64,000 bases of DNA from Negaprion brevirostris (Eukaryota): NCBI GenBank assembly GCA_030324005.1, contig JARDVH010000193.1:29608969-29672968 (forward strand), read 5' to 3'. The notes beneath the pieces were generated by a model. That model was not told the origin of the DNA, ran no database searches, and was given only the letters and a program-made list of their open reading frames with translations. This document shows positions 62,550 through 64,000 of this stretch, piece after piece. A program made the position numbers and the translations under genes. The stretch's first letter is position 1, and each line of letters starts with the position of its first letter.

Positions 62550-64000
62550 ATTCCCTACCTTTCTTGCAAACTTTTAAATCTCCAGCTTCTTCCAGTTTTG
62601 CCAAAAGGCCATTGACCTGAAAGGTTAACTCTTTCTCTCTCTCTCTCTCTCTCGCTGTCCTCAGAGATAGTTGATCTGCTGAGTGTTTTCAACATTTTCT
62701 TGTTTTATTCCAGTAAATATCATTAATCTTCGGCAGACACCTTGCTGACTCCCCCGCAACCCATTTCTAGCACAGGGATGCCGCGGCCAGATGCTACTCT
62801 CACTATAACATAATAGCGCTTAGGCTTACTTTTAAAGACCAGTTTGTGCCTTCATTGTCCTCAAAAGACATTCAGGTAAAACAGGATAATTGGCAGGAGT
62901 GGCCTTTTGCTCATGTAGTGCCTCCACTTTGTTATCCTACTGGCAGTGCACAAGACAGTGGAAAAGTACAGCAATCTTCAGTTGCTGATAGCGGGGAGCG
63001 ACTAAAGAATGATGTTTGGTATGCATATTTACATCTCACTGTCCTTGTGCTGTGTAGTAGTGACTCTCCAAAATAAAATGTAACCCATGATGTTTAGTTT
63101 AATAAATATCAGAGCTCACAGGTGTTACGTATGGCAAGAATTTGGATGGAAACTGGGATTTTTTTGCACTCTCCCATGAGCGATGTCCCTGAGAAATGTC
63201 ACTAATCTTATCAGGATACAGCATTGAGAGATTCATTTTGCTTTAACTAACATAAATAATCTCATTTAATGCATGGTAAGTGGAAGATATCATGTTGGCA
63301 TTTGATTTAAGCAAAATTGTTTTTTTTGGGAAAGTTTTGAAAACACAAATGTGGAGTTTCTCCATTTCCCAAATTGTTATTGTAACTGACAGCAAAACAA
63401 ATGTTCACTTATGTTTTTACACTTTGAGGATTAGATGTCTCATTAAAATAGAAGGGCATTTATCTCTGAGTACTCTATGTTCTTCTTGAAATATTCATAA
63501 CATTGAACTATTTCAGGTAAGCTTCCTGCCAATTTTACGATGCATCCCCATGAAAGACTGATGGTCTAATCACAAGTTTGTTTGGTGACAGCCTGGAAAT
63601 GTTCAAATTGATACATTAAAAGTCCTTGCTGGAGTAGTTTCACTGGTATCGGCTTGTTTACCTGTTTGATATTCTCAGTTTGATTGACGGTGGACTTGTG
63701 CTGACAAATTGGTAGAAGTAGGAGTTTATTGCCCCCGCACCAACTGACTTGATTTTGAAATGGTAACATTGCAGATCAAGGAATTGTAGGAGGAGAGAGT
63801 GGCAGGGGTGGATTTCCAATGAAATATACCACGCCCTGTTTTGAGGGCCTCCAAATGACAGGGGCTCCAAAATGGAGGGAAGTCCTGGGATAGTGCATGA
63901 CTCACTGGTTTGTGGCAAATGTGGAAGTGCTGCTCATCCAATCACAGGCTGATTCCTCCCTGCACTTGCTGCTGATAGGGTCATTAGTAAACCTATCAGC

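Overview
Vertebrate nuclear DNA, almost certainly from a shark: HE1-type V-SINEs, CR1/L2/Rex1 LINEs, Penelope ends and Harbinger-type MITEs dominate. The assembly is a gapped draft with many N runs. Only one host coding segment is supportable: a minus-strand terminal exon (34489-34724) encoding one C2H2 zinc finger plus a tail, which I recognise from memory as the distal last exon of ZNF536. Its probable 3' UTR runs to about 31900. Everything to the right (34725-64000) would be part of its long last intron, and everything to the left is downstream intergenic DNA. About 8 kb around the exon has no recognisable transposon, suggesting constraint. The rest is a nested mosaic of decayed mobile elements, including a two-LTR Mag-like Gypsy provirus (40237-44566), a second Gypsy pol remnant, a Harbinger transposase remnant and probable solo LTRs. 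I see no convincing novel multi-gene system. The most interesting observations are one SINE head carrying two different LINE-like tails, a local duplication with partial inversion broken inside a MITE, a Bov-A/RTE-like short element, and conservation of the alternative ZNF536 exon. All family names come from recalled motifs rather than searches, and repeat boundaries are approximate.
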